A stretch of 64,000 bases of DNA from Amoebophrya sp. A120 (lineage: Eukaryota > Protista > Dinoflagellata). The stretch covers positions 9,834,625 to 9,898,624 of the forward strand of contig CAJINV010000004.1 of the NCBI GenBank assembly GCA_905178155.1, given 5' to 3'. Below are positions 61,340 through 64,000 of this stretch, one piece after another. Every line of letters starts with the position of its first letter. The stretch's first letter is position 1. A program made the position numbers and the translations under genes. A model generated the notes under the pieces. The model was not told the origin of the DNA, searched no databases, and saw only the letters and a program-made list of their open reading frames with translations.

Positions 61340-64000
61340 ATGGCCTTCCACAAAACCGCTCCCGGTTTCCTCGAGGTCCAGGAGGTGCCCACTTTCGACC
61401 GGAAAAACGTAAAAGTCCCGAAAACCTCCGTCGTGCGCTCGCATGAAGTCCAAAAGTGGATCCAGAAGCGCCGGGGTGCACTGGCCAAGCAGAAAGCCGG
61501 AGCAGGTTCCAGCTCGAGCTCCTCTTCTTCCAGCACTCCCTTCGGCAATAAACAAGCTTCCCCGGACAAGAAAAACCTCCAGGCCGGCGAGGAGGGCTTT
61601 CTCCGGTTGCTCTGGAAGACCATCGACTACGACGGAAATGAGTACATCGACGCGGACGAACTGGAGCTCATTGTCGGCGCGATGCGGTTGTGCTTCTACT
61701 CTGTTTTCTATTTCGGCGAAACGTCCGACCGCCAGCGGTACCGGACGGTGCGCGCGCGGCAGCAGCTCCAGTCGCAGGGCGGAATTCTAGGGGGCGCGGG
61801 CAACGAGGCGAAGATGCTCGGTTTTTCCTCCAACGTGCCGCTGTTTCTCGGCAAGGACAAGGTTGGCACCATGAAGGACATGCTGGGGGCCACCCACGCG
61901 CAGCAGACCACCGGCGCGACCATGTTCGACGCGGCGAGCGTGTTGATGCAGCAGGAGGGCAGCAAGCCGGCGGGCGGGCTGAAGAGCAGCGGGTTTGCGA
62001 AGTTCCGGAAAGCCGCGGCCGGGGGTGCTGGTAATGATGCGAACAACAATGGCTCATCCCCGAACGGCAGGTCGTCCACCGTTTCCCTAGACGGGATGGG
62101 CACTTCTTTCTCCACCGCGATGAACGAAAAAGAATTGACGCCAACCACCTTAGTACCCGAAAACGCCACGGCCATCAAGGAGCCGCTCGACCCGCTGCCG
62201 GACGACGCGGCGATGGAGAGTCTGCAGCGGAGGCTCGACACGATTGAGATCCGCTTGTCCGACAAGGAAATTGCGGCGAAAAACGCCCACGCGCGGAAGT
62301 TCCGGGGGGAGTTCGAGGGCATGCTGGACGACATCAACGACGGGGTGTCGTTTCTAGCGGACAAGGCCGATTTGGGCGAGGACTACCAGACTGAGTTGTC
62401 CAACCAACAAGTCCAACGCTACGAGGACAGCGGCGCGGGGTTGGTGGACGAGCTGCACCAGAAAATCACCTCGGAGGAGAGGATCGGGGAGATTTTGAAG
62501 GAGCTCTCCTTTCTACGAATTGCAAAAGTATCGTATTCGTATAAATGCATTACAAATTTCCTCAGCATGAGAAATGAAATTTGTAATGCGGATTTGCTTT
62601 CAGAAAAAAATTTGTAATGCATTATGGCAATACGAGTACGATACTTTTGCACAGGATACTTTCGCGGGTACTGCAACGTGAATGACGACGCGCAGAAGCT
62701 GCAGGACCAATTTATAACCTGCTCTGGTGTTTTTACAATCTCAAACGTTACGTATAGAGTTTGGAAATCTGTGATGCAAGATTGCATGATCTAGCCAAGT
62801 CTCATAGGATTGCGCATGACAAGTTCCGGAGCCCTAAACCCCATGACAATCTGGCGAAATTTGTATTGCAAAAAGTGGAATGCTTTGCGAGTCTTTCATG
62901 CTCATCATGCAACACGACAAATTCCAGATTCTATTGTAACGTTTGGGATTGTAACGTTTGAGCAAGTCATACAATTCCCCGGGTTTTTCGACTCGTTCCT
63001 TAACAACGTGATCCTGCAGTACCGCGGCGAGTCGGAGCTGCAGGCGCCGCACAGCTCGGACGGCGGCACGCAGTTGCTGAAGTCGCACCGAGCCATTTTG
63101 GACGCGGTGGACGACATTCACTTGAAGCTGCAAAAAAAGTCCGGGGAGAAGCCGATCCTGTGGCCGGAGTTTGTGGACATCTTGCGGCCCTTGTGCCGCA
63201 AGGAGATTGACGAGGATTTGATGTACGCGGCGTTACCCTTGCACCTGCTCGTGCAGGACTGTCTCCGGAAAAAGGAGTTTGCGCGGTTGGGCACGGAATA
63301 CAATTTTCGCACGCAGTATCCACAGTAAATTTCCCGTACATCACGTACAAATGCCGTTTCTGCATGGCAAAGCTTCCCTTCGATCCTGTTCAGCATGACA
63401 AGTTGTCTGCGCTAAGTTAGTGAAATTTGTGATGCATCATGTTGTACATGTACGGGAAATTTGTATTGCATACGCAGCAATACGCGGAGGCGTACAAGAT
63501 GAAGTTGAAACGTCCGGTCGATACCGATCTTCGGTCCCGCTCCCCGACGATGAAGACCGGGGAAAACCTCCCGTCGAAGTGGTTCGCCGGGAAGAAGGGT
63601 CAAAGAGTGTCGCAGCTGTCGCCACAGCGGAAATCGCCGGTAAAAGAGTGGGAGAATTACGTCGAGGAGGAGAGAATGGCGAAGTTGTTACGGAAAAAGA
63701 ACAACCGAGAGAATGGTGAGGACGAAGACGAAACGATGATCTCCTCCCCGCCTTTGACCCCGGCGAGCTCGGTGAGACGGTCCCAGTCCCCCTCTTTAGT
63801 CACCACGACCACCGGCACCGCCGCGACCGGGTCGCAGGCGACGCGGAACAGCCAGCGAAACAAGCACGTCCTGCAGACCGCGAACGCCAGCTTGCAGCAT
63901 CAGTTGTCGAGCCACGAGCCGAGCCTGCAGACCACGCTAACCGGGTCAAAAACGACGATCACGTCGGACGAGCAGGACCAGAAAAAGCAAGTGCCGGTGG
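61340..64000 (+). CDS. EF-hand-containing protein, 3'-partial
   Basis: EF loop DYDGNEYIDADE. Frame continues across elements 62514-62658, 62713-62971 and 63317-63472 (LSF-RGYC, DQF-PGFF, RTQ-QYAE). Confidence 0.7.
62514..62658. mobile_element. Introner family A (TAC start)
   Basis: DR CTTTC/CTTTC. Confidence 0.92.
62713..62971. mobile_element. Introner family H-related
   Basis: TATAACCTGCTC..TTACAATCTCAAACGTTAC / GTAACGTTTGGGATTGTAACGTTTGAGCAAGTCATA; DR CAATT/CAATT. Confidence 0.88.
63317..63472. mobile_element. Introner family F
   Basis: DR CGCAG/CGCAG. Confidence 0.92.

Overview
This is eukaryotic genomic DNA with ten intron-rich protein-coding genes, all on the + strand. The architecture fits a parasitic syndinian dinoflagellate such as Amoebophrya (inference). 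The dominant feature is about 53 short non-autonomous terminal-inverted-repeat (TIR) elements, in about 10 sequence families that I label A-J. Each sits inside a coding exon, begins TAT (occasionally TAC), ends ATA (once ACA), and is flanked by a 5-bp direct repeat (DR, a target-site duplication). Removing the element plus one DR copy restored the reading frame at every junction I translated by hand, including junctions inside conserved motifs (ABC D-loop, ankyrin repeats, TPR, UPF0489). They therefore behave as transposon-derived non-canonical introns (introners). They occur in both orientations, mostly lack GT-AG, and share an internal TTTGT(C/A/G)ATGC motif across otherwise unrelated families. 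Two have grown to 2.7 kb and 1.1 kb by nested insertions: a satellite mosaic and a hAT-like MITE. Reconstructed genes: TPR-TM-alpha/beta-hydrolase fusion, tandem PDZ-like protein, ankyrin-repeat protein, TAP/ABCB9-like half transporter with a ZZ-like zinc finger, UPF0489 protein, LTV1, an EF-hand protein, and three uncharacterised proteins. All coordinates were read by eye; no database searches were run.
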